A DNA stretch of 64,000 bases from an uncultured Sangeribacter sp. (GCA_964524385.1 CAZGEX010000007.1:14487-78486); one strand, 5' to 3'. Shown: positions 48,032-57,897, numbered from the stretch's first letter. The notes: generated by a model from the letters alone, not told the origin. Program-made: numbers and translations.

Positions 48032-50515
48032 ATGAATTACAAAATTTCTGACATTGTAGATATTATCAATCCTAAATACGCCATTGGCAATACTAATTCC
48101 GATAAAGAAATATCAATTTTACTGACAGATTCTCGCTCGTTGACTTATGCCGAATCTTCATTGTTTTTTGCTCTATGCGGCAAGGGAAACGATGGGCATA
48201 GATACATAGAATCTCTTTATAATGAAGGTGTTAGAAGCTTTGTAGTTACATCTGTCCCGGAGCATCTTATTTCAACCAAAGATGCTTGTTTTATTGTCGT
48301 CGATGACACGACAAAAGCACTTCAACGTTTAGCGTCATTCCACCGAGGAAAGCATAATTGCCCTATGGTGGCAATCACCGGCAGCAAAGGAAAAACTACC
48401 GTCAAAGAATGGATTTACCAACTTCTTGAGAAGGATTTCAAGATAGCGAGAAGTCCACGAAGCTATAATTCTCAGATAGGTGTACCATTATCTTTGTGGG
48501 AATTGAACTCCGATTCGCAGTTAGCCATTATAGAAGCCGGTATATCCAAACCGAACGAGATGACATCGTTAGAACAAATGATTCGCCCCGATATAGCAAT
48601 TATCACTAATATCGAGGTTGAAACTTCCGACGAATTTAGCAACATCGAAGAAAAGGCTAACGAGAAAGCTATAATAACCCGCAAATGCAAATCTGTGATT
48701 TACAATTCCGACAATGTTCTTATTGAAGCTGCCGTTAAAAATAATGCTTCCAACGATTGCAATTTGCTCGGATGGTCGAGAATAAAAAAAGATGCTACTC
48801 TTTATGTAGAAACCACTCAAGATAATGTCGATTCTACAACAATCAGATACGTTTACAACGACATAAGCGGCACTTTACAACTACCATTCACTTTAAGTGA
48901 GGATGTAGAAAACGGCATCAATGCTCTTGCATTGTTTCTGTTCCTAAACATTGAACCCGACAAGATAGCCGAACGCTTTTCTAAATTACATCACATCGGC
49001 ACTCGACTTAACGTAATAGAAGGAGTCAACAATTGCTCGCTTATTTTTGATTCTTACACAAGTGATTTCAGTTCATTATGGTCGGCACTCGACTTCATGA
49101 AGCGTCGCACCACCAACGACAAAAGTCTCACATTGATACTAAGCGACTTAAATCCGGAATCGTCGACCGATGATAGAATCTACTATCGTATAGCCGAACT
49201 AATCAAAATTACAGGCATCACACGTCTGATTGGCATTGGAGAAAATCTATCGGCAAACGCAGATTGTTTCGACGGCAATGCGAGATTTTTCAATACCACT
49301 GAAGAATTTGCCAAGACACTTTCTACATCCGATTTCAACAACGAACTTATTTTAATCAAAGGTTCGCCTCAATTTAAGTTTGGAGAAATTGCCGAAAATT
49401 TAGAAGCACGCAAACACGAAACCGTATTAGAAGTAAATCTTGACTCGGTGGTAAAAAATTTTAATTACTTTCGTCAACAACTACCTACCGGCACAGGCTT
49501 AGTGGCTATGGTAAAGGCTTCAGGCTACGGAGCCGGCAGCTATGAAATAGCGAAATCCTTGCAAGCTCAAGGTGCTACATATCTTGCGGTGGCCGTACTT
49601 GATGAAGGCATTGACCTCCGAAACGCCGGTATCACTATGCCTATTATGGTAATGAACCCGAAAGTAGTGAACTATAAATCAATGTTTGCCTACCACCTCG
49701 AACCGGAAATCTATAATATGGAAATGCTACAAGATGTCATCAAAGAAGCCGCAAAATACAATATCCGCCAATATCCGGTTCACATCAAATTAGACACCGG
49801 CATGCACCGCATGGGATTCATAGAGAGCGAATTATCTGAACTAATGCAACTCCTTAATAACCAAGACAACATCGTGGCTTCTTCCGTATTTTCACATCTC
49901 GCCACAGCAGATTGCATTGATATGGACGACTACACACTTTCTCAATTGAGAAAATTTGACCGATTGACCACATATATGCAGTCAAATTATTCTCGTCCTA
50001 TCCTTCGACACATTCTTAATTCTGCCGGCATTCTTCGTTTCCCTCAATATCACTACGATATGGCACGACTTGGCATAGGTCTATATGGAGCCAACACACT
50101 CCCGTCGGAAATCGAACGACCATTAGCCACTGTATCCACTCTACGCACAGTGATAATCGGCATCAGAGAATGGAATGAAGGTGAGACTATCGGCTACGGC
50201 AGAAAGGGTGTGCTAAAACGTAAATCTCGCATTGCCACCATTCCTATAGGATATGCAGACGGTATGAATCGACATTTTGGCAACGGCAATAGTCGCGTTT
50301 ACATCAATGGAGAATACGCACCGACAATAGGCAACATCTGTATGGATGCTTGCATGATAGACGTTACCGACATCCCTTGCTCAGTTGGCGACCACGTGGA
50401 AATTTTTGGAGAACACGTCAGTATTCAAGAACTTGCAGATACACTTCAGACCATACCTTACGAAATACTGACATCTGTATCTCCACGAGTGAAACGCATC
50501 TACTTCCGCGAATAA
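48032..50515 (+). CDS. murF-alr: Bifunctional UDP-MurNAc-tripeptide--D-Ala-D-Ala ligase / alanine racemase fusion
   Basis: 827 aa. N-half is a Mur ligase (ITGSKGKTT). C-half is an alanine racemase (VKASGYGAG PLP-Lys motif, ...GYADG...). Confidence 0.9.
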   Translation: MNYKISDIVDIINPKYAIGNTNSDKEISILLTDSRSLTYAESSLFFALCGKGNDGHRYIESLYNEGVRSFVVTSVPEHLISTKDACFIVVDDTTKALQRLASFHRGKHNCPMVAITGSKGKTTVKEWIYQLLEKDFKIARSPRSYNSQIGVPLSLWELNSDSQLAIIEAGISKPNEMTSLEQMIRPDIAIITNIEVETSDEFSNIEEKANEKAIITRKCKSVIYNSDNVLIEAAVKNNASNDCNLLGWSRIKKDATLYVETTQDNVDSTTIRYVYNDISGTLQLPFTLSEDVENGINALALFLFLNIEPDKIAERFSKLHHIGTRLNVIEGVNNCSLIFDSYTSDFSSLWSALDFMKRRTTNDKSLTLILSDLNPESSTDDRIYYRIAELIKITGITRLIGIGENLSANADCFDGNARFFNTTEEFAKTLSTSDFNNELILIKGSPQFKFGEIAENLEARKHETVLEVNLDSVVKNFNYFRQQLPTGTGLVAMVKASGYGAGSYEIAKSLQAQGATYLAVAVLDEGIDLRNAGITMPIMVMNPKVVNYKSMFAYHLEPEIYNMEMLQDVIKEAAKYNIRQYPVHIKLDTGMHRMGFIESELSELMQLLNNQDNIVASSVFSHLATADCIDMDDYTLSQLRKFDRLTTYMQSNYSRPILRHILNSAGILRFPQYHYDMARLGIGLYGANTLPSEIERPLATVSTLRTVIIGIREWNEGETIGYGRKGVLKRKSRIATIPIGYADGMNRHFGNGNSRVYINGEYAPTIGNICMDACMIDVTDIPCSVGDHVEIFGEHVSIQELADTLQTIPYEILTSVSPRVKRIYFRE

Positions 50516-50579
50516 AATCGTAAAACACCGAGGTATCATATCCCTTAATAGGGATATAATCGCTTTTTAACTCTATTAC

Positions 50580-51575
50580 TTAGAAATTCAACATTTTACA
50601 ACGATAAACAAAAGACAACCAATATTGTTTTTGTAATTCAGGTGTAAGGAAAGAACGTTTAAGCAAATCTTTTACTGCAGATTGTTCAGTAGCAAACTTA
50701 TCAATCTCTTGCTTTATTACTTTTTCCGGAAGCCCTATACGTCGTCCAAATTCCTCAAAATCAGACCTGCGAATTGTTCGTGTATCAGAAAACGACATAC
50801 CCTCCTTAAACAATCCTTTATCTAAAGCAAAAATATGCGGTTCACGCAATTGCAATGAAGTATTAATAAGATCGTAAGCCGGTGATAGACGATATTCGCC
50901 ATTACGTTCAATTAACGAAAAATTTTTAATGTGAGCATCATCATTTAGTGTAACAAAGTTGAATAATATTAACCGGAAGAATCTGCGAATATCAATCATT
51001 GCAGCTTTAACATATCGATGAATCACCTCGGCACACTCTTCATAACTCGCCCTATCATATTTATAGTTAGACCCTGCATTATCTTTTGTGTACCCCATTA
51101 ATGCAGCAAAGTCCTCTTGCTTATATTTCCCTTTGCTATGCACATCAAAACGACGAGTAATATACCCCGGCACACCATTATCGAAAAAACATAGTGCATT
51201 TGTGGCTGTCTCAATACCATAAACTTGCGATGCAATTTGCATTGTCACATGCTCATTAGCCACACAAAATTCTTTATTTATAATTTGATAACCGTCAGGT
51301 CGAGGTTTGAGGATGAATGTTCCTTGTTCTCCACTACGAGCATAACGCATTCTATCGTTATCTACTACGACAGAGAATTTTGATTGCACCCCGGAAAGCG
51401 ATACTCGCGTTACACTTTTAATAGCCATATAAGCATCTTCATTTTCTGCATCCGGATACGGCTCGGAAAAGATATGAGAAACATCTTTACCATCAAATAG
51501 TACTTTTTGTGCCATCCGCGAATAAGTAGTATAGCCATCTTTAAGTAATGACGGACAAACTTTTATCTCTTTCAT
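50580..51575 (-). CDS. hipT: HipA-family Ser/Thr kinase toxin lacking the N-subdomain (HipT-like)
   Basis: 331 aa. Gly-rich loop SLSGVQSKF, catalytic DDAHIKNFS, and AYDLINT. Confidence 0.8.
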   Translation of the reverse strand: MKEIKVCPSLLKDGYTTYSRMAQKVLFDGKDVSHIFSEPYPDAENEDAYMAIKSVTRVSLSGVQSKFSVVVDNDRMRYARSGEQGTFILKPRPDGYQIINKEFCVANEHVTMQIASQVYGIETATNALCFFDNGVPGYITRRFDVHSKGKYKQEDFAALMGYTKDNAGSNYKYDRASYEECAEVIHRYVKAAMIDIRRFFRLILFNFVTLNDDAHIKNFSLIERNGEYRLSPAYDLINTSLQLREPHIFALDKGLFKEGMSFSDTRTIRRSDFEEFGRRIGLPEKVIKQEIDKFATEQSAVKDLLKRSFLTPELQKQYWLSFVYRCKMLNF

Positions 51576-51898
51576 TGCGTTACAGGTTTTACTGTGATTG
51601 CACCTATAGTATCAAATTGACAAGTTGACAATAAAATTCCAAAATCATCGTCTGCATCTATACGCATTAATTGCGATTGAACTTTACGATTCGCTCCTTC
51701 CGAAAGCATATTGGCAAACACTGAGAATAAATATGGCGAATGATATGGTTCCAAACGAAGAGGAAGAGTCAAACTCACTGCTTCGCAATTATCACTCAAA
51801 AGATAGGTCTTGTCGTAGGAGAAAGTAAACTCCCGACTATCACTCTCAGTCAAAATGCCGACCATAATTCCATGTAGATAAACCTCACATTGTCGCAT
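51572..51898 (-). CDS. hipS: HipA N-terminal-subdomain protein (HipS-like)
   Basis: 108 aa from ATG 51898 (MRQCEVYLHGIMVGILTE...), the classic HipA N-terminal coupling-domain start. 4-nt overlap with the kinase gene. Confidence 0.75.
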   Translation of the reverse strand: MRQCEVYLHGIMVGILTESDSREFTFSYDKTYLLSDNCEAVSLTLPLRLEPYHSPYLFSVFANMLSEGANRKVQSQLMRIDADDDFGILLSTCQFDTIGAITVKPVTQ

Positions 51899-51903
51899 AA
51901 TTT

Positions 51904-52101
51904 TTAACCCTTTATTTTTGTTATAAGTTGTAAACCAAGCACATTGCAAACAGACAATACTGTCGCAATTCGGGGATTACCGACTCCTCTTTCTACGGCA
52001 ACTATCGTATTTATGCTTACTCCCGCCAAATCAGCCAATTCTTGCTGAGTAATTTTAAGGACGAGCCTACGATGTTTAATATCTTTGCCTATTTCTTCCA
52101 T
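51904..52101 (-). CDS. hipB: XRE-family HTH regulator (HipB-like)
   Basis: 65 aa from ATG 52101. ITQQELADLAGVSINTIVAVERG helix-turn-helix. The longer ORF-track form (to 52281) would run through the operator repeats. Confidence 0.75.
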   Translation of the reverse strand: MEEIGKDIKHRRLVLKITQQELADLAGVSINTIVAVERGVGNPRIATVLSVCNVLGLQLITKIKG

Positions 52102-52102
52102 A

Positions 52103-52275
52103 TTCACAACATATTGGGATTTTTTGCAAATATAATAGATATAATTCATAACCGCAACACAAAAATCACAATATATTGGGATTTTAGCTATTTTTTCTAC
52201 TTTAGCAGATATTTCTAATGACAAAATCCCAATATATTGTGATTTTATCATTAGAAAATTCACAATTTTGGGTAT
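52103..52275. promoter_or_regulatory. Operator array and promoter of the hipBST-like operon
   Basis: Motif TCACAA(C/T)ATATTGGGATTTT at 52103-52123 and 52165-52185. Its exact inverse is at 52223-52243 and a partial copy at 52259-52275. Minus-strand -7 box TATATTTG at 52127-52134, 26 nt upstream of hipB. Confidence 0.65.
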
Positions 52276-52422
52276 AAACAACTTGCACTCAGGCCGGTTC
52301 TATTTATAAAGCCTGCTTAGGAAACATTCAATCACATAAAAAAAGCCAAGTCGCAAAAATCTCACGATTTCCACGACCTGCTGTAAATAATAAACTTAAT
52401 TAAAAATTCACGTGAATTTATA

Positions 52423-52770
52423 TCATAAGATTGGATAACAAGATAATAGTCGTTCCCATTTTCTATCGCTTTTCCATACCTTTTTCGCTTCCATAACTCC
52501 TATCAAAAAATCTGTTTCTGATATTGTATTTGTTTCAGAGTAACCGGCTTTCTCATTTTTTTGCTTTAATTCTATAAGCTTGAATACATACTCAAAGTCG
52601 TCCGGCAATTCGATGCTAATTTCCAACATTGTAAGAATATCAAAACTCTTATCTTTTGTCAAACCTCTCATTTCCCGCCCGGACTGAAGACCAAGACAGA
52701 ATATCAAGCCAAAAATTCTGCCACTATACCTTTCACACGATATTTTATTATTCTTGTTAAGCATTATCAT
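52423..52770 (-). CDS. Hypothetical protein (start uncertain)
   Basis: 115-aa ORF with no recognisable domain. A minus-strand TACCTTTG -7 box lies at about 52789-52796, just upstream. Confidence 0.35.
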   Translation of the reverse strand: MIMLNKNNKISCERYSGRIFGLIFCLGLQSGREMRGLTKDKSFDILTMLEISIELPDDFEYVFKLIELKQKNEKAGYSETNTISETDFLIGVMEAKKVWKSDRKWERLLSCYPIL

Positions 52771-52886
52771 TTTGATGATTCTTAGGGCAAAGGTAGACAG
52801 AAATTACGGGTTTACCCCCCCCGAAATGTTAATTATTGTTAAATATGTTATACAACATATTTTCCTGCTTCTTGTCGCTATTCGAC

Positions 52887-52920
52887 ACAAAAAAACCTTG
52901 CGAGATGATGTCGCAAGGTT
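52887..52920 (-). terminator. Rho-independent terminator after the coiled-coil protein gene
   Basis: aaccttgcga/tcgcaaggtt 10-bp perfect stem (52894-52903 / 52911-52920), followed on the minus strand by T7. Confidence 0.75.
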
Positions 52921-52978
52921 AGAGATATGCAAGTATATGCTTGGGAAAAGTTCTATAAATAGGACCTGTCCCGGATGA

Positions 52979-53905
52979 TTATTTGTCCTTTACAAATTTA
53001 CGAGTAGCAAGGCGATTGTCATCGCAGAATATTTCGACAGTGTACTCACCTTTTGTCAATGAAGTGTTTACATCCCAATAGATGGTAGTAGAGAGTTCTT
53101 CGTTGGCATATTCCACTTGTCGTTTGGCAGTGTATTCTATCATTGCACCATCAAACTCGAAACTTCCATTCCCTTTGAGAAGATTGCCTTCCGGCGAAGT
53201 GATTCTGACGTAGACATTCTTCAGACCGGGTTGAGCCGTATTGTTAGGAGAAATTGTAAAGCTGACGCCGAGACTTTTGGCTTTATGGATTTTCTTTTCG
53301 TTTTTTCCTTTTTTGTTATAAGCATTCAGCGACACCCCTGTTACGTTTAATTTTTCTGCGAGCTGCACCTTCTGAGATAATTCTTCATTCTGTGCAGTTG
53401 CTGATGACACTTGCGAAGCAAGCTGTTCGTTTTGCTGTTTTACTTGCGCATTTTCTTGACGAAGTCCTTCATTTTCTTCGTTGAGAGCGGCAATTCTTGA
53501 CAGCAAATCTTTGCAATAGTTTTTGAGCGAAGATATTTGCCCTTCCAACTGCTTTATTTTCTCGCGGTTGCGAGAGTTTGATTTTTTCTCAGCATTCAAC
53601 TCTTTGAGCAAACCTTCGATTTTGTTGCGAGCTTCATTATATTTAGCCACGATAGAATCGTTGCCTAAGGAGATATTTTTACCTTCGGCAAAATCCAATT
53701 GTGAGGGCAAGCTATCCAAGGAATGGGTGAGATTGGCAATTTGAAGTTGGTCGTTGGCAAACTGCACGCTGTCTAATTGAGCCTGCATACGCTCCATTTC
53801 CGAATTACTTTTCGAATTCCCCACTATTAAAAATATCACCATTGCAATCAGAGCCACACCGACACCGATTGCCGCAAACAAAATCATTTTCTGCTTCTTA
53901 TCCAT
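52979..53905 (-). CDS. Membrane-anchored coiled-coil protein of unknown function
   Basis: 308 aa. N-terminal TM (ILFAAIGVGVALIAMVIFLIV), about 150 aa of heptad-like Q/E/L/N-rich sequence, and a C-terminal beta-rich domain. Confidence 0.6.
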   Translation of the reverse strand: MDKKQKMILFAAIGVGVALIAMVIFLIVGNSKSNSEMERMQAQLDSVQFANDQLQIANLTHSLDSLPSQLDFAEGKNISLGNDSIVAKYNEARNKIEGLLKELNAEKKSNSRNREKIKQLEGQISSLKNYCKDLLSRIAALNEENEGLRQENAQVKQQNEQLASQVSSATAQNEELSQKVQLAEKLNVTGVSLNAYNKKGKNEKKIHKAKSLGVSFTISPNNTAQPGLKNVYVRITSPEGNLLKGNGSFEFDGAMIEYTAKRQVEYANEELSTTIYWDVNTSLTKGEYTVEIFCDDNRLATRKFVKDK

Positions 53906-54001
53906 AATGCTTAATATTTGGAGACAAAAGTAGTTAAAAATATTGACGATACACCAATATTCGTGAGCAATTTATCTTAATATTCGTTAATATTGTTCGG
54001 A

Positions 54002-54346
54002 TTAACGAACGTAATGAGGCATTTCTTCCGGAATAATCATAGAAATTTCCACCATACCTGCAATTTTTCCATCTTTTCGCCAAGGAGATTGATATATCAT
54101 TTTTCTCAACCCGCCTTTAGAAATGGTATAGGCATTGCTATTACCGGAGGTCAACATTTCATGGATTTTATCTTTGGAAGACTGTTTGTGGCAATTCATC
54201 AAATTTTTTCCGATAAGATCGCCATGAGCGGCAAAAGTTTCACGAGCTTTTTCGTTCATATACAGAATTACACCATCAGCATCGCAAACAGTGATAGCAC
54301 AATTCATTTGCATAGCCCAATCGGGAATATTTTCAACAAAATTCAT
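54002..54346 (-). CDS. Stand-alone PAS domain protein
   Basis: About 114 aa from ATG 54346. ITVCDADGVILYMNEKARETF...GKNLMNCH is typical of a PAS fold. Confidence 0.7.
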   Translation of the reverse strand: MNFVENIPDWAMQMNCAITVCDADGVILYMNEKARETFAAHGDLIGKNLMNCHKQSSKDKIHEMLTSGNSNAYTISKGGLRKMIYQSPWRKDGKIAGMVEISMIIPEEMPHYVR

Positions 54347-54420
54347 AGTAATCAAAATTAAAAAATAAACCGACCCTATCACTGTGACAGAGTCGGTTAA
54401 ATTTTCCTTTTTCGCTATAA

Positions 54421-54669
54421 TTATTTAGCAACTTCTTCAGCTTTAGGAGCTTCTTCAGCTGGAGCTTCAGTTGTAGCTTCTTCAGCTTTAACTTCTTCAC
54501 CTTCAACAGCAGGAGCAACTTCTTCAGCTTTAACTTCTTCAGCTGGAACTTCAGTTGTTGCTTCAGTAGCAGCAGCTTCTTCAGCTGGAGCTTCTTCTTT
54601 AGCTGCGTTGTTGCAAGATACCATAGCTACGCTGAATAATACAGCGAGAGATAAAATTACTTTTTTCAT
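54421..54669 (-). CDS. Small lipoprotein with Glu/Ala/Lys/Val-rich repetitive tail
   Basis: 82 aa. Signal peptide plus lipobox (AMVSC), then AEEVKAEE-type low-complexity repeats. Confidence 0.6.
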   Translation of the reverse strand: MKKVILSLAVLFSVAMVSCNNAAKEEAPAEEAAATEATTEVPAEEVKAEEVAPAVEGEEVKAEEATTEAPAEEAPKAEEVAK

Positions 54670-55066
54670 TTCCTTAAAATTTTAAAATAATAAAACAATA
54701 TTTTTTGCTATCAAAAACGATGCAAAGTTAATGCTTTTTTTTTACGTGCAAGCATTTACCCCTAAAAAAAACAAAAAAAACATCACATTTAACATTTTTA
54801 AACCTCTACTGTTAATCCTTGCTGTATTTTTAACAATTTTATCACCGACAATCACAGACAAACCAACAGACATAATTCAAATTATCTTGATTTATACTAA
54901 AAAAATCAGCCAAACATCGCCCTTTATCTATTACCAAATTATATATATTACAGATTTTGCCTATTCCGAATATTTTGAGTAATTTTGCATCGCAGTTCAA
55001 CTACCATATCAGCATTATGCAAAGAATAAAAAACAACAATAACAACAACTTTAAAATTTAGCTTAA

Positions 55067-57808
55067 ATGAAATCTTACATTTCGACGCTACTAATAATAG
55101 TAGCAGCTGTATTCGGAGTAAAAGCACAAGTTGTAACAACAACTCCGACACCTCTACAAGAGAACAGCGAAAACGTAGTGATCTATTTTCATGCCGACCA
55201 AGGGAGCAAAGGACTAAACAACCAAGCATCAAGTGCGGCAATTTATGCACACACAGGTGTAATCACCGACAAAAGCACATCAAGCGGCGACTGGAAATAC
55301 GTTCCTGCCGATTGGACTGTAAACATCGACAAATGCAAAATGGAATATGTCAGTGCCAACCTTTGGAAACTTAACATTGGTAATATTCGCGAATATTATG
55401 GAGTACCCGAAGGAGAGACAGTCAATCAACTTGCATTCGTATTCCGTAGTGCAGACGGCAAAAAAGAAGGTAAGACAGCTGAAGGTGGCGACATCTTTGT
55501 AGAAGTATTCAAAGAAGGTGTTCACGTGACTTTATCATCTGACAACGAAGGCACAATCATCACAGATTCTAAAAAGACTGTTACATTCACAGCATCTTGC
55601 ACCACAAAAGCCAATCTTTCAATTCTTGTCAACGGTACAGAAATAGCTTCTCAAAGCAACACTACATTTGTATCAAAAAGTTATACATTCAGCGAACGTG
55701 CCAACTATACAATAACCGCAAAAGCAGTTGTCGGTGGAGAAGAATACGTTGATGAAGCAGTTTATTGCTATCCTGTAGCTTCTACACAAGAGAACTATCC
55801 CGGTGGAGTTCCTAAAATGGGTGCCGTTAAAAATTCAGATGGCTCAGTCACATTCTGTCTCGCCGCCCCCGGAAAAACATCCGTTATGCTTGTTCCATCA
55901 TGGGATGACTATGCACAACTCAACGAAAACGTAATGAAATATCAAGACTACAATGGCAATCGCTATTTCTGGATTACAGTAAAAGGTCTTGAAGCAGGCA
56001 AGCAATACCCATACTATTACTATGTGGACAACACATACAAAGTAGGCGACCCATATGCGAAACTTATCCTCGACCCATGGAATGACAAATACATAAAATC
56101 AGAAGTATATCCTGACCTTATCCCATATCCGATTCAACTTGGCAACGTGATGCTCGCTGTCTATGACGATGACATCAACGATTATAATTGGGAAGTAAAA
56201 GATTTCAAAGGTGTAGACAAAAACGACCTTATCATCTATGAGCTTTTATTCCGCGACTTTACAGGCACCGAAGGCAAGTCAGAAGGTAATGGTACTATCC
56301 AAATGGCACTTGACAAACTTCCATATCTCAAAGAACTCGGCGTGAACGCAATCGAATTGATGCCAATTATGGAATTTAACGGCAACAACTCATGGGGCTA
56401 TAACACTAACTTCTATTTTGCTCCTGACAAAGCATACGGAACACCTGACGATTACAAAGAATTCATCGATGCTTGCCACAAAGAAGGTATTGCAGTGATC
56501 CTTGACATCGTATTCAACCAATCAGACGGTCTGCATCCATGGTATCAGATGTATCCAATTGCATCCAACCCATTCTACAATCAAACTGCACCACACGACT
56601 ACAGCGTACTTAACGACTGGAAACAAGATAATGCACTTGTACAACAACACTTTAAGGATGTATTGAAATATTGGATTGAAGAGTATAAAATCGACGGCTA
56701 TCGTTTTGACCTTGTAAAAGGGCTTGGCGACAACAACAGCTACGGTTCAGGCACAGAAGCATTCAATCAATCACGTATCAACCGTATGAAGAGCTTCCAC
56801 GACGCCATAAAAGAAGTTAAACCGGATGCATATTTCATCAACGAGCATCTTGCCGGATATCAAGAAGAAAATGAAATGGCAAAAGATGGCGAGATGAATT
56901 GGGCTAACGTTAACCACGCGGCATGCCAATTCGTTATGGGCTATTCTTCAGAATCAGATGCAAATCGTTTCTATGCACCAAAAGATTCTCGCACATGGGG
57001 CAGCACAGTATCTTACTGCGAAAGCCACGACGAAGAACGTATGGCATACAAACAAAAACAATACGGAGCAGCGGGTGTCAAAGGCAACCACGCAGCTTCA
57101 ATGCTTCGTCTTGCAAGCATAGCCGGACAAATGATTCTTTCACCGGGAGCTCACATGATTTGGCAATTTGGCGAACTTGGTAACGACCAAACTACAAAAA
57201 AAACCGATGGAAGCAACAATACTGACCCTAAATTAGTGAAATGGTCAGACTTAGATGATACTGACCGCAAAGGGCTTTACGACAGCTATCGCGACTTCAT
57301 TTACATCAGAAATGAAAATCCTGATTTGTTTAAAGAAAGTGTTACACCGACAATGTCATGCGGAGCATCTAACTGGGCAAACGGACGTTACATCTACCTT
57401 AGCAATGACACAAAAGAACTTATCTTCGTAGTGAATCCAAATACTTCAGGTTCCAAGAAATTCTACGCTACATTCAAAACTAACGATAATGCCAACTATA
57501 AGCTTGCATCAAAAGGCTATAACACAGAAGTATCGTTTGATGCAGCAGCAGGCACAGTAACAGTACCTGCCAATAGCTATGCATTAATCGTCAGCAACAG
57601 CATCAGTGGCATTGAAGGCATAGTCAACGACTACGACCAAAATGCTGTGGCAGTTCATGGACTTGAAGGAGAAATCGAAATTACAGGTGCTTACGACAAT
57701 GTTGAAATCTACAATGCAGCAGGCGTTCGTTACAATACGACAAATGTGCCTGCAGGCATCTATATCGTCAGAGTTGACGGCAACATCTACAAAGTAGCAG
57801 TACGCTAA
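55067..57808 (+). CDS. GH13 alpha-amylase-family glycoside hydrolase with T9SS C-terminal sorting domain
   Basis: 913 aa. Signal peptide, GH13 regions DGYRFDLVKG, FINEH and CESHDEERM. The last ~70 aa (VEIYNAAGVRY...GIYIVRVDGNIYKVAVR) are CTD-like. Confidence 0.85.
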   Translation: MKSYISTLLIIVAAVFGVKAQVVTTTPTPLQENSENVVIYFHADQGSKGLNNQASSAAIYAHTGVITDKSTSSGDWKYVPADWTVNIDKCKMEYVSANLWKLNIGNIREYYGVPEGETVNQLAFVFRSADGKKEGKTAEGGDIFVEVFKEGVHVTLSSDNEGTIITDSKKTVTFTASCTTKANLSILVNGTEIASQSNTTFVSKSYTFSERANYTITAKAVVGGEEYVDEAVYCYPVASTQENYPGGVPKMGAVKNSDGSVTFCLAAPGKTSVMLVPSWDDYAQLNENVMKYQDYNGNRYFWITVKGLEAGKQYPYYYYVDNTYKVGDPYAKLILDPWNDKYIKSEVYPDLIPYPIQLGNVMLAVYDDDINDYNWEVKDFKGVDKNDLIIYELLFRDFTGTEGKSEGNGTIQMALDKLPYLKELGVNAIELMPIMEFNGNNSWGYNTNFYFAPDKAYGTPDDYKEFIDACHKEGIAVILDIVFNQSDGLHPWYQMYPIASNPFYNQTAPHDYSVLNDWKQDNALVQQHFKDVLKYWIEEYKIDGYRFDLVKGLGDNNSYGSGTEAFNQSRINRMKSFHDAIKEVKPDAYFINEHLAGYQEENEMAKDGEMNWANVNHAACQFVMGYSSESDANRFYAPKDSRTWGSTVSYCESHDEERMAYKQKQYGAAGVKGNHAASMLRLASIAGQMILSPGAHMIWQFGELGNDQTTKKTDGSNNTDPKLVKWSDLDDTDRKGLYDSYRDFIYIRNENPDLFKESVTPTMSCGASNWANGRYIYLSNDTKELIFVVNPNTSGSKKFYATFKTNDNANYKLASKGYNTEVSFDAAAGTVTVPANSYALIVSNSISGIEGIVNDYDQNAVAVHGLEGEIEITGAYDNVEIYNAAGVRYNTTNVPAGIYIVRVDGNIYKVAVR

Positions 57809-57830
57809 TCTTAACATAGCATCGACCGAC

Positions 57831-57870
57831 AAAATGAGGGTGTATCGAAATTCTGATGCACCCTCATTTT
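57831..57870 (+). terminator. Rho-independent terminator after the GH13 gene
   Basis: aaaatgagggtg/caccctcatttt 12-bp stem (57831-57842 / 57859-57870) ending in TTTT. Confidence 0.75.
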
Positions 57871-57897
57871 GTACACTGCTTAAAGCCATAAAACAAA

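Noticed and set aside
52754-52978. 74-aa plus-strand ORF between the hypothetical gene and the coiled-coil protein gene
   Set aside because: The region contains the minus-strand terminator (52887-52920) and a minus-strand -7 box. The ORF has no start context or domain.
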